From positions 372,001-436,000 of the forward strand of contig CBFFRP010000288.1 in assembly GCA_965644295.1 (NCBI GenBank): a DNA stretch of 64,000 nt, given 5' to 3'. A program made the position numbers and the translations under genes. A model generated the notes under the pieces. That model had not been told where the DNA came from, made no database searches, and saw only the letters and a program-made list of their open reading frames with translations. The first letter of the stretch is position 1; each line of letters starts with the position of its first letter. The DNA comes from Paraphysomonas bandaiensis (Eukaryota > Protista > Chrysophyceae). Of this stretch, positions 11,444 through 24,555 are shown in pieces.

Positions 11444-14400
11444 ATGCAGCAAACATCTCCATCAAACCCCTCTAATAATCCACCTCAAGACACAGATACT
11501 GAACCATGGATATCTGTTATTAAATCACGTGAAGGTTAACAGTTACATACCTCCCATATAATCATATTAATATTCATATTCATAGATATAAAAAACACGA
11601 ATGGTTTATCTAATGCCATCACTACTACTAAATATACTATACTTACATGGTTACCAAAATCATTATGGGAACAATTTCGTCGTATTGCAAATATTTATTT
11701 TCTTTGTATTTCTGTTTTAATGGTAAGCATGAAGATGTATTGTGATTATGATATATAACCATTTTGATATTTCTACTTAGTTGATTGGAACATATGCCCC
11801 TTACATATTTGCGACTCCTTTGGAGCCTTTTAGTACGGTGTTGACTCTTATTTTTGTGCTAATGGTGACCTCAGTGAAAGAAGGGATGGAAGATTTGGAG
11901 AGAGCGCGGTATTCTTGCGTTATATAATGTGTGTGTCTGCTAAGTATCAACAGGTCTGACAAAGACGAGAATGTCAGCAATGCAACAGTTATCACTTTTG
12001 ATAAAAACGGCCGACCTATAGAAAATGTAATTCAACGCCAGCAGGTATATTTTATACGTTCTCTTATACTTCAATTTTATTCGATGGTTCAGATCCAGGC
12101 AGGAGATATCATAAAACTTACCGGTCAGTGCGCTGTACCAGCCGACATGCTGCTTATCATGACATCGTACTACGGCGACGGAAACCAATGCTACGTGGAG
12201 ACTGCTAATATTGATGGAGAGACTAATCTTAAGTTAAAAGAGGCCCCTGCACAGCTGATGGAAATAATGGAGGATGACCCTGTTCCTCGAGAGGCTCTCT
12301 TTCGAGGCCACCTGGAATTTGAACCTCCGAATAAAAACATTCACAACTTTATTGGAGCTCTTCATCTGGAGTGCATCCATGAGCCTATTTCGCTAGGATC
12401 AGATAATCTCCTACTCCGTTCTTCGCTTTTTTCGAATACTGAATGGGGTTATGGGATTGCTGTGTATACTGGACAGGAGACAAAGATCCAGATGAACAAC
12501 CGACATGCACCCTCAAAAATGAGCAAAATAGAGGGCTACGTGAATAAAGCCATCGTGCTCATCTTCTGTGCCCAGGTAATCCATATGGAATATGCCAACC
12601 GTATTGCTATGTGCTTGTGCATTGACTGACTTCACTCTACAGATGACCTTGGTAACGGTGGCAATCATTAGCATTTACGCCCTTGGATACGACAACAAGA
12701 ACGATTTTCCTTATCTGTACCCCAATGGTGATGACTCCGTGAGTATTCTTCCTCTCTGGCTGGAGCAGTGGTGCGTGAATTAGTATTTAACATGTATGTT
12801 ATGTTTACTTTACTCTTTGTTTTATCACTGTGCACTTATACACGGTACTTATTATTCGCATATCCTCTGATATACTCATCATTTGTCCAGGTTTGTATTT
12901 TTTTTGCTATTTAACAATTTTATACCAATCTCATTATATGTGACTATCGAACTGGTGAATTTGGGACAAGCATACCTGATAGCTCAAGATCTAGACTTGT
13001 ACGATGAACCCCTCAATATGCCATGTGCAGTCAGGTCTTCAAATCTCTGTCAAGAGTTAGGCCTAGTAAGTAACGTATTCTCAGACAAGACCGGTACCCT
13101 CACTCGCAACGAGATGAGATTCGTTCAGTTCATATGTGATGGTCAGATGTATCATGTTGAGCCCAACTCTGATACACTTAAAAATCTTGAAGCAATGAGA
13201 AACCCCCGCGATTCACCTCTGTACCATTTTTTGCTATGTTTGACCACATGTCACACTGTCATCCGCGAAAAGAATGGTACGTATAGAGCGGAGAGTCCAG
13301 ACGAATTGGCCTTAGTGGAGGGAGCGGGGAATTTTAACTGTGGGCTCTTGGAGCGCAGCACGACCTCCATGGTGGTGGAACTTATTGGTATGAAAAAGAC
13401 TTTCGATGTGTTGGCTGTTAATGCGTTCAATTCTGACCGCAAGCGTATGTCCGTCCTTATTCGAGACATAGAGACCGGTCAGCACTACATGATGTGTAAA
13501 GGTGCAGACAATATAATGCTTCCCCTGTGTGCAATGAGTTCAGAGCACCGCGCGGAGTGTGAGAAGTCTTTGCTGGACCTCGCTTGTCTAGGGCTTCGCA
13601 CGCTTTGCGTTGCCCGCAAGAAGCTCGACAAAGCCGATGCGGAGGAGTGGCTGAAAAACTATCGAGATGCCTCTAATTCCCTCCAAGACAGGACAGGAAA
13701 GCTTGCGAGGGTGGCGGAGGAGCTGGAAGATGGCATGGAGCTTCTAGGAATCACTGCCATCGAAGACAGACTTCAGGATGAAGTTCCGGAAGTGATTGCT
13801 GATCTTTCCCGGGCTGGTATAGTCCTTTGGATGCTCACTGGAGACAAAGAGGAGACCGCAATTAATATTGGACACTCCTGCAACCTGCTGGAGGCGAATA
13901 CTGAAACGTTTTTTCTAACTCGTATTGAGACTCAGGATGATTACCACAATAGATTAATGGAGGTCGCTGATGACGTTGAAAACGCACGACTTGAGAAGGA
14001 ACTTGCTATACATAATAATGAACCCTACCGCGACATTGCGCTTGTCATGGACGGACCGTCATTTAAGTTTTTTGACGACTTAAGTCGCTTACACCGAGCT
14101 AAATTGCTGCAAATTGGCAAGGCGTGTCGGTCGGTTATCGCTTGTCGATTAACTCCTGTTCAGAAGCAACAACTGGTTAATCTTGTGAAAGTGGACACGA
14201 AACCGAAAGCGACAACGCTTTCTATTGGCGATGGAGCGAACGATGTGTCAATGATCAGAGAGGCTGATGTGGGCGTAGGAATATTTGGGAAAGAAGGTAG
14301 GCAGGCAGCCAACAATGCGGATTTTGCTGTCGGCCAATTTAAGTTCTTGAGGAAGCTGTTGCTAGTCCATGGGCGTTGGAACTACTGCCGCCAATCAAAG

Positions 14401-15221
14401 GTGTTTTTGTACTCGATGCACAAGAATATGGTCATTACGCTTTCACTCTTTTGGTATAGGTGAGTAAAATGTGAATTTTTCATTGTGCTGGTGTGTCATT
14501 GTGTTTCCTACTGTTGCTGTCTTCCTAACTATCAACATTTTTGATAACTAACCTGCCCCCTACATACTACAGCTACCTGACCGCTGTTTCCGGGACTTCC
14601 ATGTACGAGTCATGGGTATACTCCATCTATAACTTCGCCCTGGGTTTGCCGATTATATTCTACGGTATATTTGACCGGGACATTCCCATGGCATTTGCTC
14701 TGCAGTATCCACAGGTATATAAGACTGGACTGTCCAACGTCCACTTGAACATACGCGCCGTGAAGACGTGGATTCTCAATGCAGTTTTCTATGCTATTGT
14801 GTTTTGTTTACTGTGGTTCAACGTAGCGTATCCCTCTTTCGAGTCTTATGGTCTGTATGAGATGGGAACTACAATATACGTTGGGCTGGTGCTTGCATTA
14901 CAATTGAAAGTAGGCTTCATTCACAATTTGTGGAACCAGATTCACGTGTGGTCAATGCTTGTTTCCCTCGGAGGATTATTCCTGTTTCTATATATTCTAA
15001 ATTCCATGACAGACGATAACTACAACTTCTACTTCGTGGCCAATAAAATATACTCGGAGAACCTGTTTTGGTTTTTCGGAGCTTTTAGCGTCCCACTTTT
15101 TTGCGCGATGATAGATGTTATCGGGCATTCGTTTTATGTTTTATTTAACCCCACGAACGAAATGCTCTATCGCGAAGCAGCTTTTTTACAGGACCCTTTG
15201 CTTGAAAAGGAGCCGCTATAG
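11444..15221 (+). CDS. P4-type ATPase phospholipid flippase (ATP8/DRS2-like), 8 exons
   Basis: Motifs TTKY...[42 protein letters not shown] and GDGANDVSM. Seven GT-AG introns. Confidence 0.95.
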
Positions 15222-15821
15222 AAGAAATAGTACAGTGAGGGTTATTTAGTGCTCTGAATGCTACGCGTTGTAATATGCGCGAAGTGCATCTTGATCATAT
15301 CATGCTTGGTTGTGTTTCCTATACAATATATAATTGATTTGTTGGGCAGTATGTATACAACTCCTTAAATATATACGCTAGACATGGTAGTCTTATCTCA
15401 TAGGTTAGGTACTTTATATAACTAAACCGGAGTAATAGTATACGAATTATCACAAATCTATATTGATGCTACTGCAATACTAAATAAATCGAAAAATTAA
15501 TCTTCAGTCCACTGACCACTGATGACTGATGTACCGTCATGTTCAAACATGTACAATCTCTATAACCTCTACTACCAACCCATCGCATCAGATCTTGGAT
15601 AATCAAGATCTTACACAGTCAATATATTTCAGTTTCACAAATATAATTCATATAACATCATTAGTTCATGTAATGATGTTTCAACTGCTGCATTCTTCGT
15701 GTAACGGTCATTATTCCAATGCTTCAATAAAATTACAGCTTTTAATTGCTTACAAATAAGCAAAACTCAGCACTCCCTCTGTATTCACAGCCATAGGTAG
15801 TGTTGAGTTCTGCAGTATGAT

Positions 15822-16350
15822 GCGATACCTTTTTCGTGGTGTTCTGGGGGACAAGTACCGGAGATATGCGGAGATAAGCCGCAAACATAGACAGCAGATA
15901 TTGTTCTGCCCACTCGTAGCCGAATGCCTGGTAGTACAAGGGACACCAATAAGTGCCACTTGTGTAGACGTCTTTGGGCCTTGACGAATAAACAGGCATC
16001 CGGGAATGGGCCCACCTGAAGAGTATAACCGGGTATTGGGCTGCCGGCTGAAGTCAAACATCCAGGATGTTCACCTTAAGCACTCTAAAAACCTGTCAGC
16101 ATATGTCAGGTATATCAACATTCTGCTTGCTCACGGTGTTTGCTTTGAGTGAAGAGTTAAAGCGAGGTGGTTGCACCTTGGTGCTTGCGGCGACGAACAA
16201 GCAGCCTCCGTAGCGTTAAATGGTAGGATAATATAGTTTGTACTAGTTAGTTACGGGTAGCGTCTATCTAGTTTGACTAGTTTTCTTCTAGTTAATAAAG
16301 TGGTGCTGATTCTTAACGCCTATATTGCTAATAATAAGACTTTCAATGTA
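15822..16350 (-). mobile_element. Repeat family A, longest copy (~530 bp)
   Basis: Reverse complement begins TACATTGAAAGTCTTATTATTAGCAATATAGGCGTTAAG and is collinear with the other copies. Confidence 0.85.
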
Positions 16351-16952
16351 TGATGCGATGTATTGTGCAATTGAATTGAGTTAATAGTGTGCAATAGTAA
16401 AATCAACATATAGGTGTAACCGGTGAACACAAACTGGCCCTAGAGCTGGTTGAATGCTCCAAAATCGTGTAGTGGGCGTTAATAGTATGCTGTCAACCCG
16501 AAGGGGCCACAACGACTTCCCCGTAGACCGCGTCAGCGACGTGGACACACTCAAAGCAACATACGAAGAAGAGCATGGCGGAGTCGGCAGCTTTCCCCCA
16601 GCTCGCGCCCAAAATGGAGCAATACACGATTTTTAATCGAGCAACACCCAGCGGAAGTCACGGGTTCTACGCTTACTACGTGTACAGAGGAGACCTAACG
16701 CACCCCTCCGCCTCAGCAGAGAAGCCACAATACCAACTCCGTCAGCTACTCCTCTGCCCTTGGCCCAACTCGCAGCTGGAGCCATTCAAAGACACGACGG
16801 CGCCCCAATCCACCCCTCGCCCATGCATCTCAGGCTAGGTACACTCGACTCACTAATTCAGTATCCTCCTCTCCACAAGGTTCTGAGGAGCCGTACTCTA
16901 AGGTTGTATTATTTCAAGGACTAACGTTCGCAGAGAGCTTCTCCCTTGCACA

Positions 16953-17231
16953 CAGAGTGAATGTCTGATTATTTAGCAATAGGCGTTGAGACCTTGCATC
17001 AATTAGTGGCTAGAAGAATGCTAGTCATATCCTTGCACACAAGAAAGGAAGTGGTTGCACCTTGGTGCCGTGCTTGCGGCGACCCACAAGCAGCTTCTGT
17101 AGCGTTACATAGTAGGATATGAGAATTTGTGCTAGCTAGTTTCAGGTAGAGGTCGATCTAGTCTTCATCTAACCACTTATCTGGTGTTCGTTCTTGATGT
17201 CTACTGCTAATAATATGACTTTAACACTGTA
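16953..17231. mobile_element. Family A derivative with inverted termini
   Basis: Forward terminus GTGAATGTCTGATTATTTAGCAATAGGCGTT at 16957; inverted terminus TACAGTGTTAAAGTCATATTATTAGCAG at 17231. Confidence 0.6.
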
Positions 17232-17252
17232 ACGGGTGAACATATTTACAAA

Positions 17253-17370
17253 GGAAGTAAATTCGGTTACTGATGAGTGACTATGTAAGATATAGGAGTG
17301 ACTGGTGAACATGTGATAAACACGTGTTTCTGAAAACAGATGTTACATGAATATGTTGTGAAATATTTAG
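17253..17370 (+). repeat. Repeat family B fragment
   Basis: Homologous to the reverse complement of 5040-5187. Confidence 0.7.
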
Positions 17371-17694
17371 ATTAGTAATTACATACTTACTTGGAGCAAA
17401 GCAAGTTTAAAGTTTACGTGTTGAGCAAGGTTAACTTCAATGAAATGTCCAACTCTAACAGTGAAAACCATCAAATGACGAGGCATAACTGAGGGGTACG
17501 CAACCACCAAAACCCTGATAGGGCAAACTGGAGGACGTATGACTCCGACTGTTCACCTAGCCTCGCTGCTATATGAAACGTTTTCTCAATGGTGGTACAT
17601 CAATAGTGTTCTTAGCAATATTCTGACAAGCAGTAATACTGTTTTATGTACTGTTTAGAGCATAAATAACTATTGCAATGTTAAACTAGTCCTG

Positions 17695-17735
17695 AGTTTT
17701 AAACGCTTATTGCTAAAAATAAGACATTCACTACA
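17695..17735 (-). repeat. Isolated family A terminus
   Basis: Reverse complement reads TGTAGTGAATGTCTTATTTTTAGCAATAAGCGTTTAA. Confidence 0.65.
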
Positions 17736-17759
17736 TAAATAACTGTTGGAGTTGTATTT

Positions 17760-18623
17760 ACGTAACACAGACTGGCAATTCCTATACCATATATATTATA
17801 TATGTCTCTGTATCAATTATAGTAGTGAATGTCAACAGGCATGTAAGAGTCAGAACTAATGTAATAAAGCAATTTAACTAACTAGTGCTTACCCAAGAGT
17901 GTGATACTTTTGAGGAGTTTGAAACACATAATTCTGACTGCAATATACTTAATACTTATAGGAAACTTTGTGCCGACGACAACAATTTCTTGACAGGGAA
18001 GGCACAATAAAGCAGATAAACATTATATACATATGCTGCTTCATACTATACCATGGATGATTCTGAAACATGAGCATGTCAATATATTCGATATCACGAG
18101 TACGTGTATATCTTCGTTTTGTTTAAGTACTTGTCATGACATTCACGATCCTGTCTAAAGTACATGAAGTATCCATTCTTCTTAACCTGGCAAACGTAAC
18201 ACAGACTGGCAATTCCTATACCATATATATTATATATGTCTCTGTATCAATTATAGTAGTGAATGTCAACAGGCATGTAAGAGTCAGAACTAATGTAATA
18301 AAGCAATTTAACTAACTAGTGCTTACCCAAGAGTGTGATACTTTTGAGGAGTTTGAAACACATAATTCTGACTGCAATATACTTAATACTTATAGGAAAC
18401 TTTGTGCCGACGACAACAATTTCTCGACAGGGAAGGCACAATAAAGCAGATAAACATTATATACATATGCTGCTTCATACTATACCATGGATGATTCTGA
18501 AACATGAGCATGTCAATATATTCGATATCACGAGTACGTGTATATCTTCGTTTTGTTTAAGTACTTGTCATGACATTCACGATCCTGTCTAAAGTACATG
18601 AAGTATCCATTCTTCTTAACCTG
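17760..18623. repeat. Tandem duplication of 430 bp (17760-18189 and 18194-18623)
   Basis: Copies look identical except T17991/C18425, with a 4-nt spacer GCAA. Covers the MEIG1 3' codons and downstream sequence. Confidence 0.95.
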
Positions 18624-19052
18624 CAGACATTTGACAAATCCAGACTGCTCCCATAGTTCAGGAGGTGGGTATGCGCAACCATACTCCACACTATCCATGA
18701 ATCCAGCAGCCTGATATCTGAACAAGTTTTCAACTTCAGGAGACCATGATTTTGCACGTTGCATTTTAGTAGGCTTTCTGTAGTTAGTGGCACCGACTGC
18801 CACTGGTGGCCGACCTTCTTTACTATCCCCTCGACTATGAGAACGTTCTAGAGATTTCTGATTAGGTCCACTGTTACGTCGAATAACAGCAGCACTATTG
18901 TGATTTTTGCTCCCTAATATTCGAGGAGATGTTTCAGGTTTTGATTTTGATGAAGGTCGACGCGTGTCTGTTATATATGGTAACTTTGTTTCAGTTTTTG
19001 GTAATGAAGTAGTTGAAGTTGATATTGCATTTCCACTAATAGAAAATTCCAT
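18528..19052 (-). CDS. MEIG1: MEIG1-domain protein with low-complexity N-terminal extension
   Basis: C-terminal KPTKMQRAKSWSPEVENLFRYQAAGF...GFVKCLQ...YFRQDRECHDKYLNKTKIYTY matches MEIG1. Confidence 0.9.
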   Translation of the reverse strand: MEFSISGNAISTSTTSLPKTETKLPYITDTRRPSSKSKPETSPRILGSKNHNSAAVIRRNSGPNQKSLERSHSRGDSKEGRPPVAVGATNYRKPTKMQRAKSWSPEVENLFRYQAAGFMDSVEYGCAYPPPELWEQSGFVKCLQVKKNGYFMYFRQDRECHDKYLNKTKIYTYS

Positions 19053-19109
19053 TATATTTCTATGGTGTTTATAATATGTGTGTGTTGTGGTTTATGATGA
19101 GAGTGATGC

Positions 19110-19141
<32 letters not shown>

Positions 19142-19680
19142 TGAGCCCCTGTGATAGATGGGCTATAGAGGGTTAGTTGATTGAGATATAGGGCATAAAC
19201 TAGTGTGAGTTTAAGGGTAATTAGTTTGTTGATTGTAGATAGTTGTGTTGATTTAGTGCTATGTTGATATGTATATATATGTACATGTATAGATGGGTGT
19301 GTGTACATGTATGTGGTGTGGTGTATGGGTCAGTCCTACTGATAACGTCTATATAACGTATGTGTGAGAGTGATAGAGTATGCGGTATACTGGTGTACGT
19401 GTGTGGTGTGTGTATAGGTATACCGTTTATGGGGTATGTACTTAAAGGAATGATACTGTTGCACTGCTGTACTGCTGTATGGTATACGGGTACATATACA
19501 ATGAAATGTAGATATACAGCACAGCAGTACATTTATATACTCCAGTCCCCTCCCTCTATATAGACATACATAATCATCTAGACACCCTTGTAAAGTCAAC
19601 TTAAACACCATTATATCTATAACCCATCACTACTCCTTCCTATCCCCTCCGTAGTTATTACAAGATACCCTATACATACA

Positions 19681-20671
19681 ATGACACTCTCATTTGGTCT
19701 CTATATATTCGCCATACTGTTATTACAGGGCAGTGCTACACAACATCCTGAGTTCACCATATCTGTCTCTATGGGTACTACAGTAAGTCATCTCCTTATC
19801 ACACAATACATATATCAACATAATCTAATTGTTTAACAGGATTTTAACAGACAAACATTTCAATTAGATAGTTTACCTAGAGACTTTAGGGATGGCATTC
19901 CTGTGGAGCACATAGATTCCTTTAAAGTAATATCAATACTTTATGTTCCTGTTGCATGCTTGACTATATCTACAGAGTTTATTGAAGTCGAATGGGCTGT
20001 TTACCATCAAGATCAATTCTGATGGATTCAATTCGTCTTCTCCTGCTGTCTCCGCGTCGATTCGAGCTTGTGATCTCCAGAAGTCTGGTTTCAAAGAAGA
20101 TATCTCACTTCACGTGGATAGAGATTTCAATGTTGTAGGTATTCATTATACCTCCCCTGTAACAGCACTTCCTCGCCCTTGTGACCCTAAGAAGGTAACT
20201 GACTGCATTTGTGGATATGGTGGAATCTAAACGTGTTGGTACATTTATAGGTCCCTGATAACACACCGCTTGCATTTTATTCTAAAATCAAAGTTATTGA
20301 GGCTGCCCCTGCACAGAGCATCCCTATCCAGGTACGGCTGCATTTATTTTATTAAAAAATTTCCTCATATGTTATTTGTTTTTTCACTTTACCGCAGGCA
20401 CAGGGTCCCCGACCTCCATATTTACAGAATGTAAAGCTTGGTGTTGAAGATGTGGCTGAGCAGAAGCCCGCTGCTAACCAGAGCTTCTTGTTCAAATACG
20501 TAAGGAAAACTATTCGTGTATCCTTATTTATGTTGCTGACTTTACTTTTTTCAGTGGTATATCGTCCTCCCACTGGTACTCATTACTCTCTTTGGCGGAG
20601 GTGAAGCCCCACCGGCAGAAGGGGGAGCAGCTGCTGGGAGTGGCGGAGCTCAACAAGCGAAAAAAGCGTAA
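19681..20671 (+). CDS. EMC10: ER membrane protein complex subunit 10-like, 6 exons
   Basis: Signal peptide, ASIRACDL motif, and SFLFKYWYIVLPLVLITLF C-terminal TM after splicing five GT-AG introns. Confidence 0.8.
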
Positions 20672-21299
20672 AGTATGTTTGAGAACATTCCTTAGTGAGT
20701 TGGGCAGTCTAGCGTTTATAATTTAGCTTAGTTTTTGATTCTAAATAAACAGCGATTCGGAATGTAAAAGTCGACAACAGTCCATTCGTTTTTTGTAGAG
20801 ATTAAGAGTTCAATATATCTTAAGAGTCAGGGCCAGGAGTAAACAATATATTGTGATACTAGTGCTGTATAGATGGGTAAGCAGATGTTCGCCAGTTGTT
20901 ACATACTTACATACGTATGTTGTGAAGTGTTAATACTTATAACTCTTTCTTGGAAGTAATTTGTGTGCAACAAAGCATGTTTAAGGTATACGTGTGGAGC
21001 AATATTGACTTCAGGGTAATGACACATTGCGCTCGGAACAACGCGAGTGGCACAGTGAGTGTCTGAAATCTGATCAAACAATCAAACCATTCGTGACTTT
21101 GTATCATGCAGAGCAAGACAACCGATTACACATACTATTTGTATTTATCATTTTTCGATCTTGCATTAATTATTAAATCCATACTAGCTTCAAAACTTAA
21201 TGAGGTGATATCATTAACATAGAGTGTGTGCGACTAACTGCGACAATACCTTCCTGGTAATAGAGTAGAATCACAGACAAAATACATACACCACTCCAC

Positions 21300-22959
21300 C
21301 TAATCGATGTCAACATCTACATTTGATTCCGACACCACAGCGGCAGCATATGTTGGTTTACTCTCTTTAGTACTCAAATCGGGTTCTGCCAGTGCCTTCC
21401 CTGAATCAGAGAAAGTTCCATACTCTGCAGAGTTTCCTGTCGCTTCAACATCATCGACATTGGGAGGCACGTACTGGTTCTCGTCTCTGCCATCCTTGCG
21501 AACCATATGCGCGGTGGGGTCGTCTGATCCAACCTCTGAGCCCTCGAACTGGTCGAGGTCCACAGAAGAAAAGAAACAGAGACCACACCCTACCCCACAA
21601 CAACAGCATCCAAGAACAAGGAATACAGGAATCAGAATAATGAATGTGGAGAACGTCGCTGCTTCAAGACGACACACAAGAAGCACCGCTATAAAAACAG
21701 GGAACGCGAGAGTGCAGCAGACTGTCGATCCAGCAGCAAGCAATTCCTAAGCGAACTATGTTATGCAAGTGTACAAACATATATATTCTCACACAATGCT
21801 AACACAATACCTGTCCGTGTTGTGCCTTCATCATCTGCGCGGGGTCATCAAACTCACCCTTCTCTAATGCCGCCTCTAGATCAAGGCCTTCCAGCATAGA
21901 TGCACCCCAGCGACGCATCAACCAGGAATTAACTATCTCCGCGACGAAGTACATCCACACAGGAAGTAGTACGAGACCCCAATCCCATTCCACTCGACCA
22001 TCCAACTGCGCAGCCAGGAACAGAGCAAGCCAAATCCGCAGCACACTAACAACCATACTTTTACGGCTAATGGCCTGCTCCAAGAGCTTTCTGAAATGCT
22101 CGGTTTCGATCATTAGTGCTTGGACCTTTGCCTCTTGGTCCATTCCTTCAGGGTCTTCCTCAAGTGTCTGAATGGCGGTGAGGTCCACTGGGGGCACGGG
22201 CACCAGAGCCACAGGCACCTCGTCACATAGAGCCAAAAACTCATACACAAACCATGGAACAAAAACACGGTACCAGGACCAGTCGACTGCGTGATCCAGT
22301 CGCATCAATACAAATATCTGGATGAGCACGAAAGTGAACGTGCGTGCTGCGAAGAACAGCTTAACTGAAAGTGAAACCTCCTCGGGTTTTTCCCCCTCCT
22401 CATCTTCTGGAGGTTCGTCCTTCACCACTAGAAAAAGAACAGCACTGATTACCATGATAGCATCCAGCACCCACATTGGAGTCCAAATAGCTAGCCAAGG
22501 GGCATTGTCAAGTTTTCCATCACATTTCAAACAAAACAGTATCGGCAACAGCAAAAGAATGGCAAACACCAACACAACAACCGCAGCAATTTTCATACGA
22601 TCACTACGATTTTTCTGAAAATTCTTCATAAGTTCCATCGGATTCACTTCTTGAGGGGAATCAATTAATTTTAATCCATAGGCCCCAACCTGGTCATATA
22701 TACGCCTCTTTCTAGCATCAGCAAGCACATCATATGCTTCTTTCAGCTTTTGAAATTCTAAATTATGTTCAGGAGTGACTTGAATACCTTTCTGTGCTAA
22801 TCTATCAGGGTGTAGCTGCAAACTCTTTTTCTTATAGGCTTTTTTTATAGCATCAGTGCTGGCTTTTGAATCGAGTCCAAGACGATCATAATATTCTCTA
22901 CTAGAATTGTCTTCTTTCAAGCAAGAACGAAAGCAAAACAAAAGCAATGCTTCGGCCAT
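21300..22959 (-). CDS. J-domain protein fused to TMEM185/TMEM60-like multi-TM region, 2 exons
   Basis: J domain with HPD, repeated LKCDG...WLAIWTPMW / RLD...WSWYRVFVPW / QLDG...WDWGLVLLPVW units, and a Cys string. Confidence 0.8.
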
Positions 22960-24555
22960 TATATACTTGAAATGAATATATTATATATGTATGATAAAAG
23001 ATGAGAGAGGAGTGAGTAGCATATACATTATTAATAGAGTGCAGCATGGCTAAGTGAACCCTGTATATGGTACACGAATACCTTCCGCAGGATGTATACT
23101 CTATATACCTTCAGTTCCTGTATATCCACAAATCAATTCCGCCAAATTCAGTTTTTGGCTATATAGAACTTCTTTTTATACTGTAAGAACAGGAATAATA
23201 GACTGAAAATTCCAGAAATTGATCTATTTGTGGAACGAAAAGTGCAGAAATCCAGAATATCAGTGTTATAATACTCTGCACTATATGTACTGCTGTACCG
23301 GGCGGTGATGATGCTGAAAGATGTACTGCGTGTATGTACCTATAGATATATAGATGTTGCTGGTCCTGTACAGTGGACCACAGCCATATCGTAGCTAGTC
23401 TGCAAGCAGCCAAGATAGATTCTCTCTATCCAAATCTAGGAGGCAGCTTATTGCGTCTAATATTGACCATTCCTAGTAATTGGCAGCTTATCCTTATCTT
23501 ATCTCTTACTGATGGATAACACTCACATGTATAGGATAAGCCCAGCATAGTATCCTATTTCTTTATGTTGCCCTGAGGTTGAATGTCCTCATGATCGCAG
23601 TGGTAACGTGAGTTGGATAATCGAGCTAAACGTCGTAAGGCTTCTTCAGACTTAATAACTACATCACTGCCTACCCAACGAAGTATTGTACTCGCCAGCA
23701 GTAATGCAGTAGTTGTGGCCTGCTATGTTAGAATCTACTCAAGCCATCTGTGATATATTATATATGATATAGAATGCTTGAGGAGGCGTTGTCAGTTACA
23801 CCAAGAACGATATACTCTGTCGATGGTGCAAGAATGATGAAACAGCACATTATATATATGTGTTTCATACCATAGATTGGTAACAATTTATGTGGTGTAC
23901 GTACTAACCATTGAACTAGACGTGTGCTATAAAAGTGTAATAGTCTTTAATCCCCACTTTGTCTAAAACTGTGTTTTTTTTTACTGGAGTGCATTCAACG
24001 AAACGCTCATATTAACACCGGGCCACTATAAGGACATTTCAACATCAATATTCAGTTTGAACAAAAACTATCTTATATCTTAATTATTATATTGACAGTC
24101 GTCATTTGTATGCAGTTTCATTGGTGTCTTTATCATAATACACAATTTTAAGAACAATGATGACAATTTTAGAAACAATAAAAGCAGACCAACTTATATT
24201 CCGCTCTTCATCTGCTGTAGGAGGTCATTATGGTATAAGTGTAAGTGATCTATCTTCATAACCAGAACTTCGTATACTTCAAGAATATTGCTGGAGAGTT
24301 CATATGTTAGATCTAATGCTGAAGGTGATTTGGATCACGCCGACAACAGTAAGCGGGCTACAAGTTGCTATTTATTCGAGATATACTAGGTTTCCAACAT
24401 CATGAGGATAAACTACCATTTAACTTAAGGATAAAGAGTATCATCCCTTGTCCAAATTTTAACTAGGTATAATATAGCTATACTGGACTACTGAAATTCT
24501 TTCTAATTCTTGAAATCACAATAAACTTTTTATTATTATTAACAGGAACAAAAAC

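Noticed and set aside
15742-16061. Similar short ORFs (MTSAGS...) here and at 6460 and 34705
   Set aside because: They lie inside repeat family A and the frames are not conserved between copies.
23540-24360. Possible decayed coding fragments between the J-protein and AlaX genes
   Set aside because: Short, interrupted and unrecognisable.
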